From positions 1 through 37,330 of the IMG/VR virus record IMGVR_UViG_3300045988_164629: a stretch of DNA of 37,330 bases. One strand, written 5' to 3'. Source of the DNA: a virus. The notes below the pieces were generated by a model. That model was not told where the DNA came from, made no database searches, and saw nothing but the letters and a program-made list of their open reading frames with translations. Below, piece after piece: positions 27,838 through 36,568 of the stretch. Position numbers and translations under genes: made by a program. The number at the start of each line of letters is the position of its first letter. Positions within the stretch are counted from its first letter, which is position 1.

Positions 27838-28090
27838 TATATAAGTTTTTTATGTTTTAATCTTTTGATTGCGTCTTTCCTTGAATAAGCCATTATTTTA
27901 TGTCCTTTTACATTAAATTCTCTCTCCTCTGTGAGGAATTATTATTTTCTGAACGTCAAAAAATTTCATTCTGACTTTTGGTGTATTAAGCATAAATAAT
28001 GTTTTCATACGAGTTGTTTTATTAAGTTTTTTAATCCTCTACCGTCTTGAATAGATTTCCCCGTTGCCCACCCTGAATAAGGGAAATATT

Positions 28091-28315
28091 TTACATTGAT
28101 TCAAGAATTTTTTTATAGTATGATAATTTATCTTTTATTGTATCAAGTAAAATCGGCTTTAAAACTTCAAAATCTACGGATACCTGACGAAGAGGATTTT
28201 TTATATAAAATTGGCAGTTTGAAAATCCTTTCCTGCTAAATACGTATTCCAACATTTCAAGTTCATTAATTATTCTATCTAATTCCTTTATTTTTTTTAT
28301 TTTTTTTCTGTCCAT
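28091..28315 (-). CDS. Hypothetical protein
   Basis: 74-aa ORF. Confidence 0.35.
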   Translation of the reverse strand: MDRKKIKKIKELDRIINELEMLEYVFSRKGFSNCQFYIKNPLRQVSVDFEVLKPILLDTIKDKLSYYKKILESM

Positions 28316-28319
28316 ATAT

Positions 28320-28745
28320 TTAGTTTTTAGTTTCTATAATTACATATTCATCATCTCCGCAATCTTCAGGGAACATCCCGAATTTTGGGAAATCTTCTGG
28401 ATAGGCTAACCGACAAAGTGGGCAAGAAAACGCATAACATGCACCTTGGAACTTCACTCCGCAGAGGTCTATATATTCTGAAAAAAGTAACCGTCTCGCT
28501 TCCTTAATAAACTTCTTTGAAAGCCTCCTATTACACTTTATATTCCTTTTTGTAAGCCCTTTTGCAACTATTAATTCTGCATCAGAAAGATTAATTTGTT
28601 TCCCATTATAGGTATATACGCCATCATAACAACGAGGATGATTGCACCCATATCCATTGTTTATAATGGTATCAGATGTGAAATATCCACATTTTCTGGA
28701 TAAATCATCTATGCTCAACAACTCTTCCTTAACTCCTTGTCTCAT
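28320..28745 (-). CDS. Cys-rich (10 Cys) putative metal-binding protein
   Basis: CNHPRC and CGVKFQGACYAFSCPLC clusters; start overlaps the methyltransferase stop. Confidence 0.4.
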   Translation of the reverse strand: MRQGVKEELLSIDDLSRKCGYFTSDTIINNGYGCNHPRCYDGVYTYNGKQINLSDAELIVAKGLTKRNIKCNRRLSKKFIKEARRLLFSEYIDLCGVKFQGACYAFSCPLCRLAYPEDFPKFGMFPEDCGDDEYVIIETKN

Positions 28746-28746
28746 T

Positions 28747-29478
28747 TCAGAATAATTTTTGCTGTGTTAATACTCCGTTTTTCGTTTGAATTATTCCCAA
28801 GCATTCGTTTTTAAATCTTTCATTTGCAGGCTCAAAATATTTTTTATCTATTTCGCATCCGTAAAAGTCAAACCCTAACTTATAGGCTGCAATACGACTG
28901 CTCCCAGAGCCTAAGTGTGTATCTAATATTTTATCTCCTTCTTTTGCGAATGTTTTTAATAAATAGGCATATAAATCAACCGGCTTTTGCGTAGGGTGTA
29001 TTTTAAGTTTGTCGTTCGCTCCACCTCTATTCCCAATGCTTATAATTTTGGCTGGATAATCGAAAGAAGTCCATGCTAATTCCACTTGTGAAAAGTTTTT
29101 CCATGTTTGTTTTTTATCCCAAACGACTATACATCTCGTTGGGGGTAATTTAAAATAATTTCCGCCCCAAATGATTTGGTTTTTGCTTACCCTCAATAAT
29201 TCTTTGAAATATCTATGAGAAGGCGTCTTATAGTCCCATTTTATAGGCATTTTCTGTAAGGACATATTTTTTAATTTACCTCCTCCAGAGTTCAGGCGTC
29301 CTTTCCTTAATCTTTCTGATGTACTTATATACCCTCTCCCGCCACCCATGTTCATATTAGGGGCATTTATTCCGTACGGTGGGTCTACTATTGCGAGTTC
29401 AAAATATTTATCAGGAACATTTTTCATGTATTTTAGACAATCAATATTGAATACTTCACTTATTGGCATATTTTTCAA
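28747..29478 (-). CDS. DNA methyltransferase, beta class (N6-adenine/N4-cytosine)
   Basis: Motif IV IVDPPYG lies N-terminal and motif I DTHLGSGSS C-terminal (PF01555-like order). Confidence 0.75.
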   Translation of the reverse strand: MKNMPISEVFNIDCLKYMKNVPDKYFELAIVDPPYGINAPNMNMGGGRGYISTSERLRKGRLNSGGGKLKNMSLQKMPIKWDYKTPSHRYFKELLRVSKNQIIWGGNYFKLPPTRCIVVWDKKQTWKNFSQVELAWTSFDYPAKIISIGNRGGANDKLKIHPTQKPVDLYAYLLKTFAKEGDKILDTHLGSGSSRIAAYKLGFDFYGCEIDKKYFEPANERFKNECLGIIQTKNGVLTQQKLF

Positions 29479-29890
29479 ATAAATTATCTATTTCTAAATT
29501 TACTCTATCTGCAAATTCCCCAAATGATTCTGAAAATTCATCATCATTCAAATCATCTACAATTTTAACTACTCTTTCTGCGTAAAAGCGAGCTTTTGAT
29601 AAGTCTTTCATTAATACCAAATTAGAAGATGAATCTACTTGTTGTATTATGTTCGTAAGCTCAATTGCAGCCTGAGAAAGCAAATCAGCGAAAAGAGGTA
29701 TTTTTTTACAAACATACACCGCTTTTTCTTTCTGTTCCTTGGTCATGTTCCCGAACAAATCCTTAACCGGTATTAATTCGTATTGATTCAACTTATCAAG
29801 TTGTGTTTTTATTTGAGTTACTTTTACATAGTCCTTTTTTTGTAACGCCTTATTCATCTTTTCTAATAGAATATCTTTTTCGCTCTTCAT
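29456..29890 (-). CDS. Hypothetical protein
   Basis: 144-aa ORF. Confidence 0.4.
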   Translation of the reverse strand: MKSEKDILLEKMNKALQKKDYVKVTQIKTQLDKLNQYELIPVKDLFGNMTKEQKEKAVYVCKKIPLFADLLSQAAIELTNIIQQVDSSSNLVLMKDLSKARFYAERVVKIVDDLNDDEFSESFGEFADRVNLEIDNLFEKYANK

Positions 29891-29891
29891 A

Positions 29892-30569
29892 TCATTTAGT
29901 TTTTAGCGTATAATAGTCAGTTAATAATTTTCTGCAAGCATTATATACAATTACAGCTTCTTTTGTAGTGTTGTTAGCCATTATCAGCTTTTGTATTTCG
30001 TTTTTATTTTCGTTTTCTACGGCTATTGTAGCTTCAGAAACATATCTTAAATAGGTATCTGCTCTCACTTTGTTTTTACTTATCAGGTACTTAACCACTG
30101 GCAAACATGGCAACCCAATGGGCAATCTTTTTGTCTGTTTGAATTCATTGAAAGCATTTCTTTCAAAATCCGACAACTGCTCGACTGAAAAATCTTTGGA
30201 ATGTACTTCCAGTTGTTTTACATTCCCGTATTTTTCAATTATCGCTTGTGAACGATTTACGTGCGATTTAAAGGCTTTTAAAAATTGGATGATAGTTTGT
30301 ACCGACATACGATAAAAAACCCCAAATTCGCCAGATAAACCATAAATTATCGCTATATCGCATTCCTTTATTGTTAGCGCTTTGCATTCAGCCTCTAAAA
30401 ATGTTGCGACATCTTTGGTCGTGACCTCTATTAACTCATCGGTTGTTTCTTGATTTACCCTTAAAAACGCCTTTTTTACTATGTCCATCGAAAATAGGAA
30501 CAATTCGTTTTTATTTAATTCGCTTATTTTCGGGTAGTTTTGAGCTTCTTTTATTTGCTGTATGTCCAT
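29892..30569 (-). CDS. Hypothetical protein (possible replication accessory)
   Basis: 225 aa, next to the replication initiator gene. Confidence 0.35.
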   Translation of the reverse strand: MDIQQIKEAQNYPKISELNKNELFLFSMDIVKKAFLRVNQETTDELIEVTTKDVATFLEAECKALTIKECDIAIIYGLSGEFGVFYRMSVQTIIQFLKAFKSHVNRSQAIIEKYGNVKQLEVHSKDFSVEQLSDFERNAFNEFKQTKRLPIGLPCLPVVKYLISKNKVRADTYLRYVSEATIAVENENKNEIQKLIMANNTTKEAVIVYNACRKLLTDYYTLKTK

Positions 30570-30580
30570 GTTTTAACCTC

Positions 30581-31654
30581 CTATTCTTTTTCTTTTTTGT
30601 TAAACATCATTCCAAAAATAGAATCATCTTTTCCCTCTTGGATATCCTGCATAATTTTAAAAGCTACTCTTTGAGTTTGTTCTTGCATCGTTTCTTTTTT
30701 TGCAAATCCGCGCGCCCCCCCTGCTAAATTTTTCGGATAAAAAACGCGATTTGTTTGAATTTTAAGAGCTTTTGCCAATGTTGTTTTCCAGTTTATTTTT
30801 TTTGTTTTTGTTTTTTTCTTGTTTTCCCAACCTTCAGTTGTTCCCCAAAAGTTTTCGATTGCGCATTCAATGGTTTTTATTATGTTCAATTCAGGGGGGT
30901 TGAATTCTTTTTGTTTTTCCATCCATTCCGCGTCACATAGTATTTTATCTACTTCCTCTCTTAATTCAGACAAATAGACATTAAAATCTTTTCTCCAATT
31001 TTTTTCTTTTTCCTCTTCTTTTTTAGAGATAAGAAATATATCGTTATTATCTGTAGAATTATATTTAGATATATTTTTTATCTCTTTTTTCTCAATAATA
31101 TTATTCTGTTTATTATCTGTAGAATTATCTGTAAGAATAATATTATTTTCTTTCTTATTATCATTATCCTTTATATTATCATTATCATTATCGGGTTTTT
31201 TTGGGTTTTTTAAAAACCCAGATTTTCCCACTGGGTTATTTTGGGTTTCTGAAAAACCCACTGGGTTATTTTGGGTTTCTTGGGAAGCAAATGTTTCTTT
31301 TGTTTCCTTTTGCTTAGCAAAATAAGCATTTGCTTTTTTTGCTTTTGTTTGCTTTTCAGGGAAAACATTTGCTTCCTCTATTTTTTTAGGTCTACCCCCA
31401 CTCTTGCCGTTTAATTTATTTCTTTCTACAATAGACAAATATTTTTCATAATCTCTGTCAAATTGTGCTTTAAACGGTTTAAAAGCAACTCTTATCAAAG
31501 TATTATCGATTTCTGATAAATCAAATGTTATACCATCATGTTTTAGACGTTGATACTTAATAATTGTTTTAATCAGTTCCCCAGCTTCCTGACTGTTTAA
31601 ATCATCGAAAACGTCTAAAGAATCTAAATGTAGAATAAATGATTTTTTTTGCAT
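30581..31654 (-). CDS. Putative replication initiation protein with an internal iteron/low-complexity region
   Basis: N-terminal globular domain, then an Asn/Asp/Lys-rich linker encoded by the repeat-rich DNA, then GKSGGRPKK. The arrangement resembles lambda O-type initiators that carry their origin inside the gene. Confidence 0.4.
   Translation of the reverse strand: MQKKSFILHLDSLDVFDDLNSQEAGELIKTIIKYQRLKHDGITFDLSEIDNTLIRVAFKPFKAQFDRDYEKYLSIVERNKLNGKSGGRPKKIEEANVFPEKQTKAKKANAYFAKQKETKETFASQETQNNPVGFSETQNNPVGKSGFLKNPKKPDNDNDNIKDNDNKKENNIILTDNSTDNKQNNIIEKKEIKNISKYNSTDNNDIFLISKKEEEKEKNWRKDFNVYLSELREEVDKILCDAEWMEKQKEFNPPELNIIKTIECAIENFWGTTEGWENKKKTKTKKINWKTTLAKALKIQTNRVFYPKNLAGGARGFAKKETMQEQTQRVAFKIMQDIQEGKDDSIFGMMFNKKEKE
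31040..31290. repeat. Candidate origin of replication: iterons inside the replication initiator gene
   Basis: cccactgggttattttgggtttct occurs at 31229-31252 and 31259-31282; GGGTTT(T) occurs five or more times, AAAAACCC twice, and atctgtagaatta twice. Confidence 0.45.
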
Positions 31655-31661
31655 GGTTGTG

Positions 31662-31712
31662 TAAAAAACAAAAGAGGTTCATTTTAGCTGCTACCCTAAA
31701 ACAAACCTCTTT
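31662..31712 (-). terminator. Strong hairpin plus U-tract ending 7 nt upstream of the replication initiator start codon (terminator/attenuator-like)
   Basis: 9-bp stem aaagaggtt/aacctcttt plus an inner 6-bp stem ttttag/ctaaaa; the minus-strand RNA is followed by uguuuuuuac. Confidence 0.45.
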
Positions 31713-31762
31713 TTACGGTAATATACCGTTAATATCTTCTTTGTTGGTAGCAGTCAACACTA

Positions 31763-31770
31763 CAAATATA
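31763..31770 (-). promoter_or_regulatory. Candidate -7 element TAtaTTTG (minus strand) upstream of the replication initiator leader
   Basis: The plus strand reads caaatata, so the minus strand reads TATATTTG. Confidence 0.25.
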
Positions 31771-31773
31771 CGA

Positions 31774-32055
31774 TTATTTTTTTAATTTATTTATTCTTTT
31801 AAGCCTTTTTCTTGCCAAATCATATTTAGTTACCTCTTTATCTATCTTCTTTAATTTTTCTAATTTCTGTATGTTGTATTGATTGTTTGCTACAGAAAAT
31901 CCAAGTATCAATATTGAGGTTACCGGAAATAACCTATAAAATTTCTTACAAAACCCCACGCCTAAATATGGTACTATATATATTCCTAAGAATAGAACAG
32001 CGAAATATAATAATATTAAAACGACTGAATAAATAATTATTTTTGTTAGTATCAT
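31774..32055 (-). CDS. Small membrane protein
   Basis: Two hydrophobic helices and a basic C-terminus. Confidence 0.4.
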   Translation of the reverse strand: MILTKIIIYSVVLILLYFAVLFLGIYIVPYLGVGFCKKFYRLFPVTSILILGFSVANNQYNIQKLEKLKKIDKEVTKYDLARKRLKRINKLKK

Positions 32056-32996
32056 AATTTTAAGATTTTAAGTGATTTACCCTTTGATTCTTTTTTAACA
32101 GCTTCATATATTGCCGGAAATTCCGATTTTAGTTTTTCTGTATCTACTGTGTTTCTTGTATAGTCTTTTATTTTTGCGACACTTACTCCTTCGCATACTA
32201 TTTCATTACAATTGTCAAAAAGTAATGCTATTTTGTTTTCTAAATCTTCTTTTTCTTTTTCGAGTGTTTTTATTTTGTTTTTTACTTCGTTATAATCCTT
32301 GATTAATTCCATGTATTCAGGAGAAATGTTTAAAGATATTGTTTCAGAGGTATTTGTAATATTAAAAATATCCTCTTTGTTAATTGGAGCGGGCGGAATT
32401 CCTTTAAGTATGTGGTTCTCTGTGAATTCTTTGGCCCCATTTAAAAGATACTCAAATAAATCTTTGTCAAAATCAAACATTCTCCATTTCAGTTGCTTTT
32501 GTCCATCATATACGACTAACATTCCAGCATCATATTCCCCAACCCCCATGTTCCAAACTAATTGCATATACCACGAATTAGGGAAAGTTTTGGGGTCATT
32601 TAAATCTACAGTACGTAATGTGTCCTTTATTTCAACGACAATACGGTTTTTCCTTCGGAATTTAAACAATTCCCTATCCGGTGAAGCAATTATATAAGGC
32701 GGGTAATTATCGTTGCTTAAAACGAAGTATTTTGCGCTCTCTTTTATTACCCTCTCCGTAGACTCTGTTTCAAAAAGAGCGGCTATAGCGTTTTCCATTG
32801 CTTGCCCCCTTTGGGTATTATAATTAATTTCATTTTCCATTGCTTGCCCCCTTTGGTAGTCATTATACCAGTCTAAAGGCGTTTTGTATTCATCATGACC
32901 AGTTATTACCGCTATATCATGTCCGCCAATAAAATAATCACTTTTTCGGTAATTGTGCCACTCTTCGTAATTCCTAAACACTTTTCTATCTATCAT
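32052..32996 (-). CDS. YqaJ-like viral recombinase exonuclease (lambda Exo fold)
   Basis: N-terminal motif IGGHDIAVITGHDEYKTPLDWY matches the YqaJ consensus IGGSD.AAI.G.NPYKTPL.LW; the recT gene is adjacent. Confidence 0.55.
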   Translation of the reverse strand: MIDRKVFRNYEEWHNYRKSDYFIGGHDIAVITGHDEYKTPLDWYNDYQRGQAMENEINYNTQRGQAMENAIAALFETESTERVIKESAKYFVLSNDNYPPYIIASPDRELFKFRRKNRIVVEIKDTLRTVDLNDPKTFPNSWYMQLVWNMGVGEYDAGMLVVYDGQKQLKWRMFDFDKDLFEYLLNGAKEFTENHILKGIPPAPINKEDIFNITNTSETISLNISPEYMELIKDYNEVKNKIKTLEKEKEDLENKIALLFDNCNEIVCEGVSVAKIKDYTRNTVDTEKLKSEFPAIYEAVKKESKGKSLKILKL

Positions 32997-33192
32997 ATTG
33001 CCAAAATTTTACAGTTGAATAATAATATACATTCCCGTCTACTCCGAAAACAAATGGTATGCTTTCCGGATGGAACACCCCTATTTTAACATCTCCACTT
33101 TCTAAAATAATTCTTATCCTTTCATGTGAAGGAGGGAAACCCCTTGAATTCGTCCATTTCATCGAAAAATTTAACCCTTTTCCTTTACTCAT
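32986..33192 (-). CDS. Hypothetical small protein in the gap between recT and the exonuclease gene
   Basis: 68-aa ORF that exactly fills the 190-bp gap. Confidence 0.3.
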   Translation of the reverse strand: MSKGKGLNFSMKWTNSRGFPPSHERIRIILESGDVKIGVFHPESIPFVFGVDGNVYYYSTVKFWQYDR

Positions 33193-33952
33193 TTGTCCCG
33201 TCTAAATATTCTAAATCTGTTAAATTTTCGTTTATTGGTGTCGAAAAATCATATTTAATTGCGTTTTCCATGCTCTCCGTTTTCGGCCCGTATAAATTTA
33301 AAAGGCTTTTTGCTACTGTTTTATTAGCCATCATCTCAAAATCTGTGACCCATAACCCCATTTTTTTTCTATAAGATTGTGAGTATTTTTTAGCGTGTGC
33401 TTTTATCTCCTCGACTGTCATATATTTAAAATATTCACCCCCTGAAAGATATTTTATATATGCGATATTACCAATATAAGCCCGGTTTTTTCTCTCTATA
33501 TAGCCGTTATAGTCATAACTTTTCAATATTATTTCACCTCTGAACGGGTCTATACCTTCGATATCATCCTCGCGAACCTCTGAGACATTTATACGCTCTA
33601 ATTTTTGCGTCCTATTAGCTAATTCAATGAATCCACGATACATTATTTGTGCTTGTGCGTTGTCATTGTAAGGGACGATACATGATTGTCCAAGAGCGGG
33701 AACTAATGACAAACCAGTCGTTGCAATAGCTAATCCGCATAAAATTACGCTGTTCGGGTTGCAAAATTTCAACTTAGAATTGTACGAAGCTTGCAAAATG
33801 TTTTCTACGAACGCCCGCCCCTTTGATTCTCCTAAAATTTGGCAAAAACGCTCTAAATTATTGGAATTAAGGGCTAATTTCTTTATGTCTTTGTAGTAGT
33901 TCACTGTCTGTACAGTCGCTACGTTGTTTTTTATTTGCTTATTTATGTCCAT
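33185..33952 (-). CDS. recT: RecT family single-strand annealing protein
   Basis: GQSCIVPYNDNAQAQIMYRGFIELANRTQKL matches the RecT core a.lIPY....qlqiGYrGl..LA.RsG. Confidence 0.55.
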   Translation of the reverse strand: MDINKQIKNNVATVQTVNYYKDIKKLALNSNNLERFCQILGESKGRAFVENILQASYNSKLKFCNPNSVILCGLAIATTGLSLVPALGQSCIVPYNDNAQAQIMYRGFIELANRTQKLERINVSEVREDDIEGIDPFRGEIILKSYDYNGYIERKNRAYIGNIAYIKYLSGGEYFKYMTVEEIKAHAKKYSQSYRKKMGLWVTDFEMMANKTVAKSLLNLYGPKTESMENAIKYDFSTPINENLTDLEYLDGTNE

Positions 33953-33958
33953 AATTAC

Positions 33959-34189
33959 TTAATTAAATATTACTATACTATCATTTAAAAATACCTCCAC
34001 AGTATCGGGGCAATTAGTAATTTCTTTTGTTTTTTGCTCCTCCAGTATTTGCGTATCCAGCATTCCTCCAATTAGAATTAGCAGAAATAATATAAGCCCG
34101 CAAATTGCGTTTAATTTGTCTTTTTTAGTTGTCATAGTAATATCCTTTTGAATAAATATTGTAATTGTCTTTTTCTGATAAAAAATCAT
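33959..34189 (-). CDS. Small signal-anchored protein (start probably the internal Met at 34135)
   Basis: Hydrophobic segment LNAICGLILFLLILIGG. Confidence 0.35.
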   Translation of the reverse strand: MIFYQKKTITIFIQKDITMTTKKDKLNAICGLILFLLILIGGMLDTQILEEQKTKEITNCPDTVEVFLNDSIVIFN

Positions 34190-34460
34190 TTATCATTTTC
34201 AACGCTATTTTTTTAGCCTCTTCATTATCACCCATATATTTTACCGTAAATTCCCACGTTTTTAGCCAGCAGTTAATGTCTGTAGCCTTGTTATTCTCTA
34301 TTTGTATTTCCGAATAGAAATCACATATTTTGTCTAAAATAATTATCTCATCTTTCAAAATAACATTCTCGTTTTCGCCTACTTCAAAATTGAAGTAATT
34401 AAAAATAAAATAAGAAGCTATTTGTTTATAAAATAATTCTACGTTTATTAGTCCTATCAT
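34125..34460 (-). CDS. Hypothetical protein
   Basis: 111-aa ORF. Confidence 0.4.
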   Translation of the reverse strand: MIGLINVELFYKQIASYFIFNYFNFEVGENENVILKDEIIILDKICDFYSEIQIENNKATDINCWLKTWEFTVKYMGDNEEAKKIALKMINDFLSEKDNYNIYSKGYYYDN

Positions 34461-34741
34461 TTTATTGTCTTATTTAGTGTTTTATACCCTATTATTTCGT
34501 TTTTCATCTCATCTACTCTTTTATCATAGTCTCTTTCCCCTGAATTAGCAGAAACGTATTTAATTATTTTGTCCTCCTCTTTTATTAGTAGTGTTAAGTA
34601 TGGATATATATACATATTATTTGTCACTCTTTTAATAGTATTATTTATTTCAAAAATGAAACAATACATGTCATTTTCTGAAGCATTTGGCAACATTTCT
34701 AATATTCCCTTTGCATCTTTGAGAATATCTTTTTTTTTCAT
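34457..34741 (-). CDS. Hypothetical protein
   Basis: 94-aa ORF. Confidence 0.4.
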   Translation of the reverse strand: MKKKDILKDAKGILEMLPNASENDMYCFIFEINNTIKRVTNNMYIYPYLTLLIKEEDKIIKYVSANSGERDYDKRVDEMKNEIIGYKTLNKTIK

Positions 34742-35307
34742 ATTATATCGAATTTAAAAATAACCTCCTGACCAGCATATAAATAGTCCTTAATTTCAAA
34801 AGGATATGAGTTCCCGTGACTATCCTTTACTATGAAACATGTATAAGTATTGCCATTTTTATCATAAAAATCTGTCAAATAAACCTTTTTTGACATTAAA
34901 AACGGATGATATGTACCTATATTTAGTTCATATTCACAAAAAATGAAATTCAATATTTCTTTTTCAAGAGATTGACTTAACCGTATTTGCCGACCTTTCA
35001 AATGTCCTACTTTATTCGGGTTAATATGCGTTAACCGTATGTCTGTCAAGTCTACAAAAAAATCAGAATCCTTTTCCCCGTTTCTAATTATGTCCCTTTT
35101 TACATAAGCAATATCATCTCCTTTTTTGGATACATCTATTATTTTATACTTGCCAGTTTGTTTATTCTTACATGTAATAATACGGTGAACATATTTTTCG
35201 ATTAAATTAACGTCATTTAAAAAGCCAATTATTTTGTAAATGTCACCTTTATATTTAAATGAAGAAAACAAATCATTTAGTTCTTTTATTTTTATTTTCT
35301 GTATCAT
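34738..35307 (-). CDS. Hypothetical protein
   Basis: 189-aa ORF. Confidence 0.4.
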   Translation of the reverse strand: MIQKIKIKELNDLFSSFKYKGDIYKIIGFLNDVNLIEKYVHRIITCKNKQTGKYKIIDVSKKGDDIAYVKRDIIRNGEKDSDFFVDLTDIRLTHINPNKVGHLKGRQIRLSQSLEKEILNFIFCEYELNIGTYHPFLMSKKVYLTDFYDKNGNTYTCFIVKDSHGNSYPFEIKDYLYAGQEVIFKFDII

Positions 35308-35533
35308 ATCTATTTCCTTTTTTCACTAATTTATTTTCAAATGATAATTCTTTTACATCTATTCCATTACTAACACAATAAGTAATAATTGTTTCTAAGT
35401 TATATGAGCTATATTCAAACGACCTTTCTTCGTTTTCTACTTTCAATAAAGTAAAATGCATATAATCAGGGAAATTTGAATGTTCTATGCTTATCTCTAC
35501 TGTATACATAATGTTTTTATTTAGAAGTTCCAA
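35273..35533 (-). CDS. Hypothetical protein
   Basis: 86-aa ORF. Confidence 0.35.
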   Translation of the reverse strand: MELLNKNIMYTVEISIEHSNFPDYMHFTLLKVENEERSFEYSSYNLETIITYCVSNGIDVKELSFENKLVKKGNRYDTENKNKRTK

Positions 35534-35692
35534 TAAATTAAATATTCTCCGCCCCTTGTTCCTATGTGTGTGTGCTCAAGTCTATTTCTTTTCTTATTCC
35601 AATACAATTCGCCTTGTACCCAATACTTTTTACCGTTTACTTCATACTCAAAGTAATTATTGTCTCGATAAGTGCCTTTTATTGTCTTCATA
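35521..35692 (-). CDS. Small hypothetical ORF (57 aa) not in the supplied track
   Basis: Minus-strand ATG (plus-strand cat 35690-92) to stop (plus-strand tta 35521-23); fills the gap upstream of ardA. Confidence 0.2.
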
Positions 35693-35702
35693 GCTGTATT
35701 TT

Positions 35703-36239
35703 TTATTGTTTAAATATATGTCCGCCTATTTCCCAAAAATCATACATTAGGTTTCTTTCGTATAAAGAGTAGTCTATATAATACTTAATGTCGGGCGGGC
35801 AATCAGGGTATTGTGCATCAAACATCTCCTCTACAAAATCATCTATATTTTCATAATACCCCATATATGCATCTTTAGCCCTATTTATTAAGTCTAATAT
35901 GTCAGACCCTAATAATTTGTAGTGATAATTATCCAGCCAGTAGAAAAAGGCTTCTTTGAAATCTTCGTCGTATTCTTTTGTACAAAAGTAGTTACACAAA
36001 TCTATGAGTTCATTTGGCAATTTGTCTGTTAATTGTAGTTCCTCCGGAATGTCTTCAAATTCTACTATCTCGTAATAATCCGCTCCGGTTGCCTTTAATA
36101 ATTCAACCATTTCTTTCTCGAATTCGTTAGGGTGGAAGTATGATAGTACTTCAACCCACTCGCTTTTTATTACTTCGTTCGTCTCGTTTTTGCGGAATTC
36201 TACGCGGATTCTCGCGTCTTCTATGTTTATTCTTTCCAT
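35703..36239 (-). CDS. ardA: ArdA-like antirestriction protein
   Basis: Highly acidic 178-aa protein. The C-terminal YYIDYSLYERNLMYDFWEIGGHIFKQ resembles the ArdA YIDYQAYGRDL...HGIFE motif, and IPEELQL resembles LPEELQ. Confidence 0.55.
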   Translation of the reverse strand: MERINIEDARIRVEFRKNETNEVIKSEWVEVLSYFHPNEFEKEMVELLKATGADYYEIVEFEDIPEELQLTDKLPNELIDLCNYFCTKEYDEDFKEAFFYWLDNYHYKLLGSDILDLINRAKDAYMGYYENIDDFVEEMFDAQYPDCPPDIKYYIDYSLYERNLMYDFWEIGGHIFKQ

Positions 36240-36270
36240 ATTGATAATGTTTTAGAGTTTAATATATTGT

Positions 36271-36288
36271 GCAGGGCTTTCGCCCTGC
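36271..36288 (-). terminator. Hairpin gcagggc-tttc-gccctgc between the first early gene and ardA
   Basis: 7-bp perfect stem with a 4-nt loop; no clear U-tract. Confidence 0.3.
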
Positions 36289-36297
36289 TGGTTAACT

Positions 36298-36513
36298 TTA
36301 ATAAATGCGTCCGGATGAACCGTATACGCCTCCGTTATAAATCCTTGAAAGTTTCCCGAAATACCCGTATTTCCTATAATTTACGGTATCCGCCTTAAAT
36401 AATTTCATTGCCTCCGCTTTGTTGCTTGCATAGTATCTCTCATCTGTTAATCGACCCATACAATCATATATTGCATAAGTATTGACTTGTTTCTTTGATT
36501 CTGTTGCTTCCAT
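36298..36513 (-). CDS. Hypothetical protein, first gene of the leftward early operon
   Basis: 71-aa ORF about 45 nt downstream of the candidate promoter. Confidence 0.4.
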   Translation of the reverse strand: MEATESKKQVNTYAIYDCMGRLTDERYYASNKAEAMKLFKADTVNYRKYGYFGKLSRIYNGGVYGSSGRIY

Positions 36514-36568
36514 AATGGTAAGTGTTTGTGTTTAATATTTCGTTTTCTTTATTTCCTTTTCTGTATTA

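Noticed and set aside
27838-28090. 250-bp intergenic gap upstream of the PAPS-reductase-like gene, examined for a tRNA or an extended N-terminus
   Set aside because: There is no tRNA-like T-arm or acceptor motif. An apparent in-frame upstream ATG is blocked by a stop codon (plus-strand tta at 27850-27852), so the annotated start stands.
21846-36513. Search for an integrase, repressor, tRNA, CRISPR array or toxin-antitoxin pair in the early arm
   Set aside because: No tyrosine or serine recombinase motifs, no HTH repressor adjacent to a divergent promoter, no tRNA-like sequences and no repeat-spacer arrays were found. A temperate lifestyle is therefore not supported by the sequence.
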